A stretch of DNA of 64,000 nucleotides from Eledone cirrhosa (taxonomy: Eukaryota), in assembly GCA_964016885.1 (NCBI GenBank), contig OZ024755.1, forward strand, positions 43,958,001 through 44,022,000, given 5' to 3'. Of this stretch, positions 27,301-42,600 are shown piece after piece. A program made the translations under genes and the position numbers. The notes below the pieces were generated by a model. The model saw only the letters and a list, made by a program, of their open reading frames with translations. It had not been told where the DNA came from and did no database searches. Position 1 is the first letter of the stretch. The number at the start of each line of letters is the position of its first letter.

Positions 27301-30300
27301 AGTACCAACATGTACCGTGTACCACAGTTGACACTACCAACGTATACTGTGTACCACAGTTGACAATACCAACATATACTGTGTACCACAGTTGACAGTA
27401 CCAACATATATTGTGTACCACAGTTGAAAGTACCAACGTATACTGTGTACCACAGTTGACAACACCAACATATACTGTGTACCACAGTTGACAGTACCAA
27501 CATATACTGTATACCACAGTTGACAGTACCAACATATACTGTGTACCACAGTTGACAGTACCAACATATACTGTGTACCACAGTTGACAGTACCAACATA
27601 TACTGTATACCACAGTTGACAGTACCAACATATACTGTGTACCACTGTTGACAGTACCAACATATACCGTGTACCACAGTTGACAGTACCAACATATACT
27701 GTGTACCACAGCTGACACTACCAACATATACTTGTACCTCAGTTGACAGTATTACCATATATTGTGTACCACCGTTGACAATACCAACGTATACTGTGTA
27801 CCACAGTTGACAGTACCAACGTATACTGTGCACCACAGTTGAGAGTACCAAAATATACTGTGTACCACAGTTGACAATACCAACATATACTGTGTACCAC
27901 AGTTGACAATACCAACACATATAGTGTACCACAGTTGACAGTACCAACGAATACTGTGTACCATAGTTGACAGTACCAAAATATACTGTGTGCCACAGTT
28001 GACAGTACTAAGGGTATACTGTGTACCACACTTGACAGTACCAACATATAACGTGTACCACAGTTGGCAGTACCATCATATACTGTGTACCACAGTTGAC
28101 AGTACCAACATATACTGTGTACCACAGTTGACAGTACCAACATATACTGTGTACCATAGTTGACAGTACCAACGTATATTGTGTACCACAGTTGACAGTA
28201 CCAACATACACCGTGTACGACAGTTGACAGTACCAACATATACTGTGTACCACAGTTGAGAGTACCAACATAAACTGTGTACCATAGTTGACAGTACCAA
28301 CATATACTGTGTACCACAGTTGACAGTACCAACATATACTGTGTACCACAGTTGACAGTACCAACATATACTGTATACCACAGTTGACAGTACCAACATA
28401 TACTGTGTACCACAGTTGACAGTACCAACATATACTGTGTACCACAGTTGACAGTACCAACATATACTGTGTACCACAGTTGACAGTACTAACATATACT
28501 GTTTACTACAGTTGACAGTACCATCATATACTGTGTACCACAGTTGACAGTACCAACATGTACTGTGTACCACAGTTGACAGTACCAACATATACTGTGT
28601 ACCACAGTTGGCAGTACCAACATATAATGTGTACCTCAGTTGTCAGTACCAACATATACTGTGTACCACAGTTGACAGTACCAACGTATACTGTGTACCA
28701 CAGTTGACAGTACCAACGTATACTGTGTACCACCGCTGACAGTACCAATATGTACTGTGTAACAAAGTTGACAATACCAACATATAATGTGTACCACAGT
28801 TGACAGTACCAACGTATACTGTGTACCACTGTTGACAATACCAACATATACTGTGTACCACAGTTGACAGTACCAACATATACAGTGTACCACAGTTGAC
28901 AGTACCAACATATACTGTGTACCACAGTTCACAGTACCAACGTATACTGTGTACCACATTTGAAAGTACCAACATATACTGTGTACCACAGTTGACAGTA
29001 CCAACATATACTGTGTACCACTGTTCACAGTACCAACATATACCGTGTACCACAGTTGACAGTACCAACATATACTGTGTACCACTGTTGACAGTACCAA
29101 CATATACTGTGTACCACAGTTCACAGTACCAACATGTACCTTGTACCACAGTTGACAGTACCAACATATACTGTGTACCAGAGTTGACAATACCAACATA
29201 TACTGTGTACCACAGTTGAAAGTACCAACTTATACATAGTACCACAGTTGACAGTACCAACATATACTGTGTACCACAGTTGACAGTACCAACGTATACT
29301 GTGTACCACAGTTGACAATACCAACATGTACTGTGTACCACAGTTGACAGTACCAACATATACTGTATACCACAGTTGACAGAACCAACATATACTGTGT
29401 ACCACAGTTGACAGTACCAACATATACTGTATACCACAGTTGACAGTACCAACATATACTGTGTACCACAGCTGACACTACCAACATATACTTGTACCTC
29501 AGTTGACAGTACTACCATATATTGTGTACCACCGTTGACAATACCAACGTATACTGTGTACCACAGTTGACAGTACCAACACATATAGTGTACCACAGTT
29601 GACAGTACCAACGTATACTGTGTACCACAGTTGCCAATGCCAACATATACTGTGTACCACAGTTGAGAGTACCAACATATACTGTGTACCACAGTTGACA
29701 GTACCAACATATACTGTGTACCACAGTTGACAGTACCAATGTATACTGTGTACCACTGTTGACAGTACCAAAATATACTGTGTACCACAGTTGACAGTAC
29801 CAACGTATACTGTGTACCACTGGTGACAGTACCAACATATAACGTGTACCACAGTTGGCAGTACCATCATATACTGTGTACCACAGTTGACAGTACCAAC
29901 ATATACTGTGTACCACAGTTGACAGTACCAACATATACTGTGTACCATAGCTGACATTACCAACGTATATTGTGTACCACAGTTGACAGTACCAACATAC
30001 ACCGTGTACGACAGTTGACAGTACCAACATATACTGTGTACCACATTTGAGAGTACCAACATAAACTGTGTACCACAGTTGACAGTACCAACATATACTG
30101 TGTACCACAGTTGACAGTACCAACATATACTGTATACCACAGTTGACAGTACCAACACATACTGTGTACCACAGTTGACAGTACCAACATATACTGTGTA
30201 CCACAGTTGACAGTACCAACATATACTGTGTACCAGAGTTGACAGTACCAACATATACTGTGTACCACAGTTGACAGTACTAACATATACTCTGTACTAC

Positions 30301-33300
30301 TGTTGACAGTACCAACATATACTGTGTACCATAGTTGACAGTACCAACGTATATTGTGTACCACAGTTGACAGTACCAACATACACCGTGTACGACAGTT
30401 GACAGTACCAACATATACTGTGTACCACAGTTGAGAGTACCAACATAAACTGTGTACCATAGTTGACAGTACCAACATATACTGTGTACCACAGTTGACA
30501 GTACCAACATATACTGTGTACCACAGTTGACAGTACCAACATATACTGTATACCACAGTTGACAGTACCAACATATACTGTGTACCACAGTTGACAGTAC
30601 CAACATATACTGTGTACCACAGTTGACAGTACCAACATATACTGTGTACCACAGTTGACAGTACTAACATATACTGTGTACTACAGTTGACAGTACCAAC
30701 ATATACTGTGTACCACAGTTGACAGTACCAACATGTACTGTGTACCACAGTTGACAGTACCAACATATACTGTGTACCACAGTTGGCAGTACCAACATAT
30801 AATGTGTACCTCAGTTGTCAGTACCAACATATACTGTGTACCACAGTTGACAGTACCAACGTATACTGTGTACCACAGTTGACAGTACCAACGTATACTG
30901 TGTACCACCGCTGACAGTACCAATATATACTGTGTAACACAGTTGACAATACCAACATATAATGTGTACCACAGTTGACAGTACCAACGTATACTGTGTA
31001 CCACTGTTGACAATACTAACATATACTGTGTACCACAGTTGACAGTACCAACATATACAGTGTACCACAGTTGACAGTACCAACATATACTGTGTACCAC
31101 AGTTCACAGTACCAACGTATACTGTGTACCACTTTTGACAGTACCAACATATACTGTGTACCACAGTTGACAGTACCAACATATACTGTGTACCACTGTT
31201 GACATTACCAACATATAGCGTTTCCCACAGTTGACAGTACCAACATATACAATGTACCTCTGTTGACAGTACCAACATATACTGTGTACCACAGTTGACA
31301 GTACCAACATGTACCGTGTACCACAGTTGAAAGTGCCAACGTATACTGTGTACCACAGTTGACAATACCAACATATACTGTGTACCACAGTTGAAAGTAC
31401 CAACGGATACTTTGTACCACAGTTGACAGTACCAACATATACTGTGTACCACATTTGACAGTACCAACGTATACTGTATACCAGAGTTGACAATACCAAC
31501 ATATACTGTGTACCACAGTTGACAGTACCAACATATACTGTATACCACAGTTGACAGAACCAACATATACTGTGTACCACAGTTGACAGTACCAACATAT
31601 ACTGTGTACCACAGTTGACAGTACCAACATATACCGTGTACCACAGTTGACAGTACCAACATATACTGTGTACCACAGCTGACACTACCAACATATACTT
31701 GTACCTCAGTTGACAGTACTACCATATATTGTGTACCACCGTTGACAATACCAACGTATACTGTGTACCACAGTTGACAGTACCAACACATATAGTGTAC
31801 CACAGTTGACAGTACCAACGTATACTGTGTACCACAGTTGCCAATGCCAACATATACTGTGTACCACAGTTGAGAGTACCAACATATACTGTGTACCACA
31901 GTTGACAGTACCAACATATACTGTGTACCACAGTTGACAGTACCAACATATACTGTGTACCACAGTTGACAGTACCAATGTATACTGTGTACCACTGTTG
32001 ACAGTAGCAAAATATACTGTGTACCACAGTTGACAGTACCAACGTATACTGTGTACCACTGGTGACAGTACCAACATATAACGTGTACCACAGTTGGCAG
32101 TACCATCATATACTGTGTACCACAGTTGACAGTACCAACATATACTGTGTACCACAGTTGACAGTACCAACATATACTGTGTACCATAGCTGACATTTCC
32201 AACGTATATTGTGTACCACAGTTGACAGTACCAACATACACCGTGTACGACAGTTGACAGTACCAACATATACTGTGTACCACAGTTGAGAGTACCAACA
32301 TAAACTGTGTACCACAGTTGACAGTACCAACATATACTGTGTACCACAGTTGACAGTACCAACATATACTGTATACCACAGTTGACAGTACCAACACATA
32401 CAGTGTACCACAGTTGACAGTACCAACATATACTGTGTACCACAGTTGACAGTACCAACATATACTGTGTACCAGAGTTGACAGTACCAACATATACTGT
32501 GTACCACAGTTGACAGTACTAACATATACTGTGTACCACAGTTGACAGTACCAACATGTACTGTGTACCACAGTTGACAGTACCAACATATACTGTGTAC
32601 CACAGTTGGCAGTACCGACATATACTGTGTACCTCAGTTGACAGTACCAACATATACTGTGTACCACAGTTGACAGTACCAACGTATATTGTGTACCACA
32701 GTTGACAGTACCAACGTATACTGTGTACCACAGTTGACCGTACCAACATAAACTGTGTAACACAGTTGACAATACCAACATTATAATGTGTACCACAGTT
32801 GACAGTACCAACGTATACTGTGTACCACTGTTGACAATACCAACATATACTGTGTACCACAGTTCACAGTACCAACGTATACTGTGTACCACATTTGACA
32901 GTACCAACATATACTGTGTACGACAGTTGACAGTACCAACATATACTGTGTACCACAGTTGACAGTACCAACATATACTGTGTACCACAGTTGACAGTAC
33001 CAACATATACTGTATACCACAGTTAACAGTACCAACATATACTGTTTACCACAGTTGACAGTACCAACATATACTGCGTACCACAGTCGACAGGACTAAC
33101 ATATACTGTGTACTACAGTTGACAGTACCAACATATACTGTGTACCACAGTTGACAGTACCAACATATACTGTGTACCACAGTTGACAATACTAACATAT
33201 ACTGTGTACCACAGTTGGCAGTACCAACATATACTGTGTACCTCAGTTGACAGTACCAACATATAGTGTGTACCACAGTTGACAATACCAACATATACTG

Positions 33301-33699
33301 TGTACCACAGTTGACAGTACCAACATATACTGTGTACCTCAGTTAACAGTACCCACATATTCTGTGTATCAGAGTTGACAGTACCAACATATACTGTGTA
33401 CCACAGTTGACAGTACCAACATATACTGTGTACCTCAGTTAACAGTACCCACATATACTGTGTATCAGAGTTGACAGTACCAACATATACTGTGTATCAC
33501 AGTTGACAGTACCAACATATACTGTGTACCACAGTGTACACTAACAACATATACTGTGTACCACAGTTGACAGTACCAACATATACTGTGTACCACAGTT
33601 GACAGTACCATCATATACTGTGTACCACATTTGACAGTACCAACGTATACTGTGTACCACAGTTGACAGTACCATCGTATACTGTGTACCACAGTTGAT
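21324..33699. repeat. 12,376-bp higher-order tandem duplication, copy 1 (387 monomers)
   Basis: ORFs from 21357..22805 through 33113..33454 recur with matching translations at +12,376 (33733..35181 through 45489..45830). 387x32-8 = 12,376 matches the 10 single-base deletions and 2 insertions I counted in the unit. Confidence 0.95.
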
Positions 33700-36600
33700 A
33701 GTACCAACATATACTGTGTACCATAGTTGACATTACCAACGTATATTGTGTTCCACAGTTGACAGTACCAACATGTACTGTGTACCACAGTTGACAGTAC
33801 CAACGTATACTGTGTACCACAGTTGACAGTACCAACGTATACTGTGTACCACAGTTGACAGTACCAACATATAACGTGTACCACAGTTGGCAGTACCATC
33901 ATATACTGTGTACCACAGTTGACAGTACCAACATATATTGTGTACCACAGTTGACAGTACCAACATATACTGTGTACCATAGTTGACATTACCAACGTAT
34001 ATTGTGTACCACAGTTGACAGTACCAACATATCCTGTGTACCTCAGTTGACAGTACCAACATATACTGTATACCACAGTTGACAGTACCAACATATAATG
34101 TGTACCACTGTTGACAGTACCAATATATACCGTGTACCACAGTTGACAGTACCAACATATACTGTGTACCACAGCTGACACTACCAACATATACTTGTAC
34201 CTCAGTTGACAGTACTACCATATATTGTGTACCACCGTTGACAATACCAACGTATACTGTGTACCACAGTTGACAGTACCAACGTATACTGTGCACCACA
34301 GTTGACAGTACCGACATATACTGTGTACCACAGTTGACAATACCAACATATACTTTGTACCACGGTTGACAGTACCAACGTATACTGTGTACCACTGTTG
34401 ACAATATCAACATATACTCTGTACCACAGTTGACATTACCAACATATACAGTGTACCACAGTTGACAGTAGCAACATATACTGTGTACCACAGTTGACAG
34501 TACCAACATATACTGTGTACCATAGTTGATAGTACCAACGTATATTGTGTACCACAGTTGAGAGTACCAACATACACCGTGTACGACAGTTGACAGTAAA
34601 AACATATACTGTGTACCACAGTTGAGAGTACCAACATAAACTGTGTACCACAGTTGACAGTACCAACATATACTGTGTACCACAGTTGACAGTACCAACA
34701 TATACTGTGTAACACAGTTGACAGAACCAACATGTACCGTGAACCACAGTTGACAGTACCAACGTATACTGTGAACCACTGTTGGCAATACCAACATATA
34801 CTGTGTACTACAGTTGACAGAACCAACATATACAGTGTACCACAGTTGACAGTACCAACATATACTGTGTACCACAGTTGACAGTACCAACATATACTGT
34901 GTAACACAGTTGACAGAACCAACATGTACCGTGAACCACAGTTGACAGTACCAACGTATACTGTTTACCACAGTTGAGAGTACCAACGTATAGTGTGTAC
35001 CACAGTTGACAGTACCAACATATACTGTGTACCACAGTTGACAGTACCAACATATACTGTGTACCACAGTTGACAGTACCAATGTATACTGTGTACCACA
35101 GTTGACAGTACCAACATATACTGTGTACCACAGTTGACAGTACCAACATATACTGTGTACCATAGTTGACAGTACCAACATATATTGTGTACCACAGTTG
35201 ACAGTACCAACATATACTGTGTACCATAGTTGACATTACCAACGTATATTGTGTACCACAGTTGACAGTACCAACATATCCTGTGTACCTCAGTTGACAG
35301 TACCATCATATACTGTATACCACCGTTGACAGTACCAACATATACTTGTACCACTGTTGACAGTACCAATATATACCGTGTACCACAGTTGACAGTACCA
35401 ACATATACTGTGTACCACAGCTGACACTACCAACATATACTTGTACCTCAGTTGACAGTACTACCATATATTGTGTACCACCGTTGACAATACCAACGTA
35501 TACTTTGTACCACAGTTGACTGTACCAAGGTATACTGTGCACCACAGTTGACAGTACCAACATATACTGTGTACCACAGTTGACAATACCAACATACACT
35601 GTGTACCACAGTTGACAATACCAACACATATAGTGTACCACAGTTGACAGTACCAACGTATATTGTGTACCACAGTTGCCAATGCCAACATATACTGTGT
35701 ACCACAGTTGAGAGTACCAACATGTACCGTGTACCACAGTTGACAGTACCAACGTATACTGTGTACCACAGTTGACAATACCAACATATACTGTGTACCA
35801 CAGTTGACAGTACCAACATATACTGTGTACCACAGTTGAAAGTACCAACGTATACTGTGTACCACAGTTGACAACACCAACATATACTGTGTATCACAGT
35901 TGACAGTACCAACATATACTGTATACCACAGTTGACAGTACCAACATATACTGTGTACCACAGTTGACAGTACCAACATATACTGTGTACCACAGTTGAC
36001 AGTACCAACATATACTGTATACCACAGTTGACAGTACCAACATATACTGTGTACCACTGTTGACAGTACCAACATATACTGTGTACCCTAGTTGACATTC
36101 CCAACGTATATTGTGTACCACAGTTGACAGTACCAACATGTACTGTGTACCACAGTTGACAGTACCAACGTATACTGTGTACCACAGTTGACAGTACCAA
36201 CGTATACTGTGTACCACAGTTGACAGTACCAACGTATACTGTGCACCACAGTTGACAGTACCAACATATACTGTGTACCACAGTTGACAATACCAACATA
36301 TACTGTGTACCACAGTTGACAATACCAACACATATAGTGTACCACAGTTGACAGTACCAACGTATACTGTGTACCACAGTTGCCAATGCCATCATATACT
36401 GTGTACCACAGTTGAGAGTAACAACATATACTGTGTACCACAGTTGACAGTACCAACATATACTGTGTACCACAGTTGACAGTACCAACATATACTGTGT
36501 ACCACAGTTGACAGTACCAATGTATACTGTGTACCACAGTTGACAGTACCAACATATACTGTGTACCATAGTTGACATTACCAACGTATATTGTGTACCA

Positions 36601-39600
36601 CAGTTGACATTACCAACATATCCTGTGTACCTCAGTTGACAGTACCAACATATACTGTATACCACAGTTGACAGTACCAACATATACTGTGTACCACTGT
36701 TGACAGTACCAATATATACCGTGTAACACAGTTGACAGTACCAACATATACTGTGTACCACAGCTGACACTACCAACATATACTTGTACCTCAGTTGACA
36801 GTACTACCATATATTGTGTACCACCGTTGACAATACCAACGTATACTGTGTACCACAGTTGACAGTACCAACGTATATTGTGCACCACAGTTGACAGTAC
36901 CAACATATACTGTGTACCACAGTTGACAATACCAACATATACTGTGTACCACAGTTTACAATACCAACACATATAGTGTACCATAGTTGACTGTACCAAC
37001 GTATATTGTGTACCACAGTTGCCAATGCCAACATATACTGTGTACCACAGTTGAGAGTACCAACATGTACCGTGTACCACAGTTGACAGTGCCAACGTAT
37101 ACTGTGTACCACAGTTGACAATACCAACATATACTGTGTACCACAGTTGACAGTACCAACATATACTGTGTACCCTAGTTGAAAGTACCAACGTATACTG
37201 TGTACCACAGTTGACAACACCAACATATACTGTGTATCACAGTTGACAGTACCAACATATACTGTATACCACAGTTGACAGTACCAACATATACTGTGTA
37301 CCACAGTTGACAGTACCAACATATACTGTGTACCACAGTTGACAGTACCAACATATACTGTATACCACAGTTGACAGTACCAACATATACTGTGTACCAC
37401 TGTTGACAGTACCAACATATACCGTGTACCACAGATGACAGTACCAACATATACTGTGTACCACAGCTGACACTACCAACATATACTTGTACCTCAGTTG
37501 ACAGTACTACCATATATTGTGTACCACCGTTGACAATACCAACGTATACTGTGTACCACAGTTGACAGTACCAACGTATACTGTGCACCACAGTTGACAG
37601 TACCAACATATACTGTGTACCACAGTTGGCAGTACCAACATATAATGTGTACCTCAGTTGACAGTACCAACATATACTGTGTACCACAGTTGACAGTACC
37701 AACGTATACTGTGTACCACAGTTGACAGTACCAACGTATACTGTGTACCACAGTTAACAGTACCAATATATACTGTGTAACACAGTTGACAATACCAACA
37801 TATAATGTGTACCACAGTTGACAGTACCAACGTATACTGTGAATCACTGTTGGCAATACCAACATATACTGTGTACTACAGTTGACAGAACCAACATATA
37901 CAGTGTACCACAGTTGACAGTACCAACATATACTGTGTACCACAGTTGACAGTACCAACATATACTGTGTACCACAGTTGACAGAACCAACATGTACCGT
38001 GAACCACAGTTGACAGTACCAACGTATACTGTGTACCACAGTTGAGAGTACCAACGTATAGTGTGTACCACAGTTGACAGTACCAACATATACTGTGTAC
38101 CACAGTTGACAGTACCAACATATACTGTGTACCACAGTTCACAGTACCAACGTATACTGTGTACCACATTTGACAGTACCAACATATACTGTGTACCACA
38201 GTTGACAGTACCAACATATACTGTGTACCACTTTTGACAGTACCAACATATACCGTGTATCACATTTGACAGTACCAACATGTACCGTGTACCACAGTTG
38301 ACAGTACCAACGTATACTGTGTACCACAGTTGACAATACCAACATATACTGTGTACCACAGTTGACAGTACCAACATATACTGTGTACCACAGTTGAAAG
38401 TACCAACGTATACTGTGTACCACAGTTGACAACACCAACATATACTGTGTACCACAGTTGACAGTACCAACATATACTGTATACCACAGTTGACAGTACC
38501 AACATATACTGTGTACCACAGTTGACAGTACCAACATATACTGTGTACCACAGTTGACAGTACCAACATATACTGTATACCAGAGTTGACAGTACCAACA
38601 TATACTGTGTACCACTGTTGACAGTACCAACATATACAGTGTACCACAGTTGACATTACCAACATATACTGTGTACCACAGCTGACAATACCAACATATA
38701 CTTGTACCTCAGTTGAGAGTACTACCATATATTGTGTACCACCGTTGACAATACCAACGTATACTGTGTACCACAGTTGACAGTACCAACGTATACTGTG
38801 CACCACAGTTGACAGTACCAACATATACTGTGTACCACAGTTGACAATACCAACATATACTGTGTACCACAGTTGACAATACCAACACATATAGTGTACC
38901 ACAGTTGACAATACCAACACATATAGTGTACCACAGTTTACAGTACCAACGTATACTGTTTACCACAGTTGACAATACCAACATATACTGTGTACCAGAG
39001 TTGACAGTACCCACATATACTGTGTACCACAGTTGACAGTTCCAACATATAAGGTGTACCACTGTTGATACTACCGACATATACTGTGTAACACAGTTGA
39101 CAGTACTAACATATACTGTGTACCACAGTTGAGAGTACCACCATATACTGGGTACCACTGTTGACAGTACCAACATATACTGTGTACCACAGTTGACAGT
39201 ACCAACATATACTGTGTACCATAGTTGACAGTACCAACATATCCTGTGTACCTCAGTTGTCAGTACCAACATATAGTGTATACCACAGTTGACAGTACCA
39301 ACATATACTGTGTACCACTGTTGAGAGTACCAACATATACCGTGTACCACAGTTGACAGTACCAACATATACTGTGTACCACAGCTGACACTACCAACAT
39401 ATACTTGTACCTCAATTGACAGTACTACCATATATTGTGTACCACCGTTGACAATACCAACGTATACTGTGTACCACAGTTGACAGTACCAACGTATACT
39501 GTGCACCACAGTTGACAGTACCAACATATACTGTGTACCACAGTTGACAATACCAACATATACTGTGTACCACAGTTGACAATACCAACACATATAGTGT

Positions 39601-42600
39601 ACCACAGTTGACAGTACCAACGTATACTGTGTACCACAGTTGCGAATGCCAACATATACTGTGTACCACAGTTGAGAGTACCAACATGTACCGTGTACCA
39701 CAGTTGACACTACCAACGTATACTGTGTACCACAGTTGACAATACCAACATATACTGTGTACCACAGTTGACAGTACCAACATATATTGTGTACCACAGT
39801 TGAAAGTACCAACGTATACTGTGTACCACAGTTGACAACACCAACATATACTGTGTACCACAGTTGACAGTACCAACATATACTGTATACCACAGTTGAC
39901 AGTACCAACATATACTGTGTACCACAGTTGACAGTACCAACATATACTGTGTACCACAGTTGACAGTACCAACATATACTGTATACCACAGTTGACAGTA
40001 CCAACATATACTGTGTACCACTGTTGACAGTACCAACATATACCGTGTACCACAGTTGACAGTACCAACATATACTGTGTACCACAGCTGACACTACCAA
40101 CATATACTTGTACCTCAGTTGACAGTATTACCATATATTGTGTACCACCGTTGACAATACCAACGTATACTGTGTACCACAGTTGACAGTACCAACGTAT
40201 ACTGTGCACCACAGTTGAGAGTACCAAAATATACTGTGTACCACAGTTGACAATACCAACATATACTGTGTACCACAGTTGACAATACCAACACATATAG
40301 TGTACCACAGTTGACAGTACCAACGAATACTGTGTACCATAGTTGACAGTACCAAAATATACTGTGTGCCACAGTTGACAGTACTAAGGGTATACTGTGT
40401 ACCACACTTGACAGTACCAACATATAACGTGTACCACAGTTGGCAGTACCATCATATACTGTGTACCACAGTTGACAGTACCAACATATACTGTGTACCA
40501 CAGTTGACAGTACCAACATATACTGTGTACCATAGTTGACAGTACCAACGTATATTGTGTACCACAGTTGACAGTACCAACATACACCGTGTACGACAGT
40601 TGACAGTACCAACATATACTGTGTACCACAGTTGAGAGTACCAACATAAACTGTGTACCATAGTTGACAGTACCAACATATACTGTGTACCACAGTTGAC
40701 AGTACCAACATATACTGTGTACCACAGTTGACAGTACCAACATATACTGTATACCACAGTTGACAGTACCAACATATACTGTGTACCACAGTTGACAGTA
40801 CCAACATATACTGTGTACCACAGTTGACAGTACCAACATATACTGTGTACCACAGTTGACAGTACTAACATATACTGTTTACTACAGTTGACAGTACCAT
40901 CATATACTGTGTACCACAGTTGACAGTACCAACATGTACTGTGTACCACAGTTGACAGTACCAACATATACTGTGTACCACAGTTGGCAGTACCAACATA
41001 TAATGTGTACCTCAGTTGTCAGTACCAACATATACTGTGTACCACAGTTGACAGTACCAACGTATACTGTGTACCACAGTTGACAGTACCAACGTATACT
41101 GTGTACCACCGCTGACAGTACCAATATGTACTGTGTAACAAAGTTGACAATACCAACATATAATGTGTACCACAGTTGACAGTACCAACGTATACTGTGT
41201 ACCACTGTTGACAATACCAACATATACTGTGTACCACAGTTGACAGTACCAACATATACAGTGTACCACAGTTGACAGTACCAACATATACTGTGTACCA
41301 CAGTTCACAGTACCAACGTATACTGTGTACCACATTTGAAAGTACCAACATATACTGTGTACCACAGTTGACAGTACCAACATATACTGTGTACCACTGT
41401 TCACAGTACCAACATATACCGTGTACCACAGTTGACAGTACCAACATATACTGTGTACCACTGTTGACAGTACCAACATATACTGTGTACCACAGTTCAC
41501 AGTACCAACATGTACCTTGTACCACAGTTGACAGTACCAACATATACTGTGTACCAGAGTTGACAATACCAACATATACTGTGTACCACAGTTGAAAGTA
41601 CCAACTTATACATAGTACCACAGTTGACAGTACCAACATATACTGTGTACCACAGTTGACAGTACCAACGTATACTGTGTACCACAGTTGACAATACCAA
41701 CATGTACTGTGTACCACAGTTGACAGTACCAACATATACTGTATACCACAGTTGACAGAACCAACATATACTGTGTACCACAGTTGACAGTACCAACATA
41801 TACTGTATACCACAGTTGACAGTACCAACATATACTGTGTACCACAGCTGACACTACCAACATATACTTGTACCTCAGTTGACAGTACTACCATATATTG
41901 TGTACCACCGTTGACAATACCAACGTATACTGTGTACCACAGTTGACAGTACCAACACATATAGTGTACCACAGTTGACAGTACCAACGTATACTGTGTA
42001 CCACAGTTGCCAATGCCAACATATACTGTGTACCACAGTTGAGAGTACCAACATATACTGTGTACCACAGTTGACAGTACCAACATATACTGTGTACCAC
42101 AGTTGACAGTACCAATGTATACTGTGTACCACTGTTGACAGTACCAAAATATACTGTGTACCACAGTTGACAGTACCAACGTATACTGTGTACCACTGGT
42201 GACAGTACCAACATATAACGTGTACCACAGTTGGCAGTACCATCATATACTGTGTACCACAGTTGACAGTACCAACATATACTGTGTACCACAGTTGACA
42301 GTACCAACATATACTGTGTACCATAGCTGACATTACCAACGTATATTGTGTACCACAGTTGACAGTACCAACATACACCGTGTACGACAGTTGACAGTAC
42401 CAACATATACTGTGTACCACATTTGAGAGTACCAACATAAACTGTGTACCACAGTTGACAGTACCAACATATACTGTGTACCACAGTTGACAGTACCAAC
42501 ATATACTGTATACCACAGTTGACAGTACCAACACATACTGTGTACCACAGTTGACAGTACCAACATATACTGTGTACCACAGTTGACAGTACCAACATAT

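Noticed and set aside
28896-29219. Plus-strand ORFs (28896..29219, 41272..41595, 53204..53398)
   Set aside because: They arise only where variants (ttcac, ttggc) remove the in-frame TGA in a few monomers, and they translate the satellite itself.
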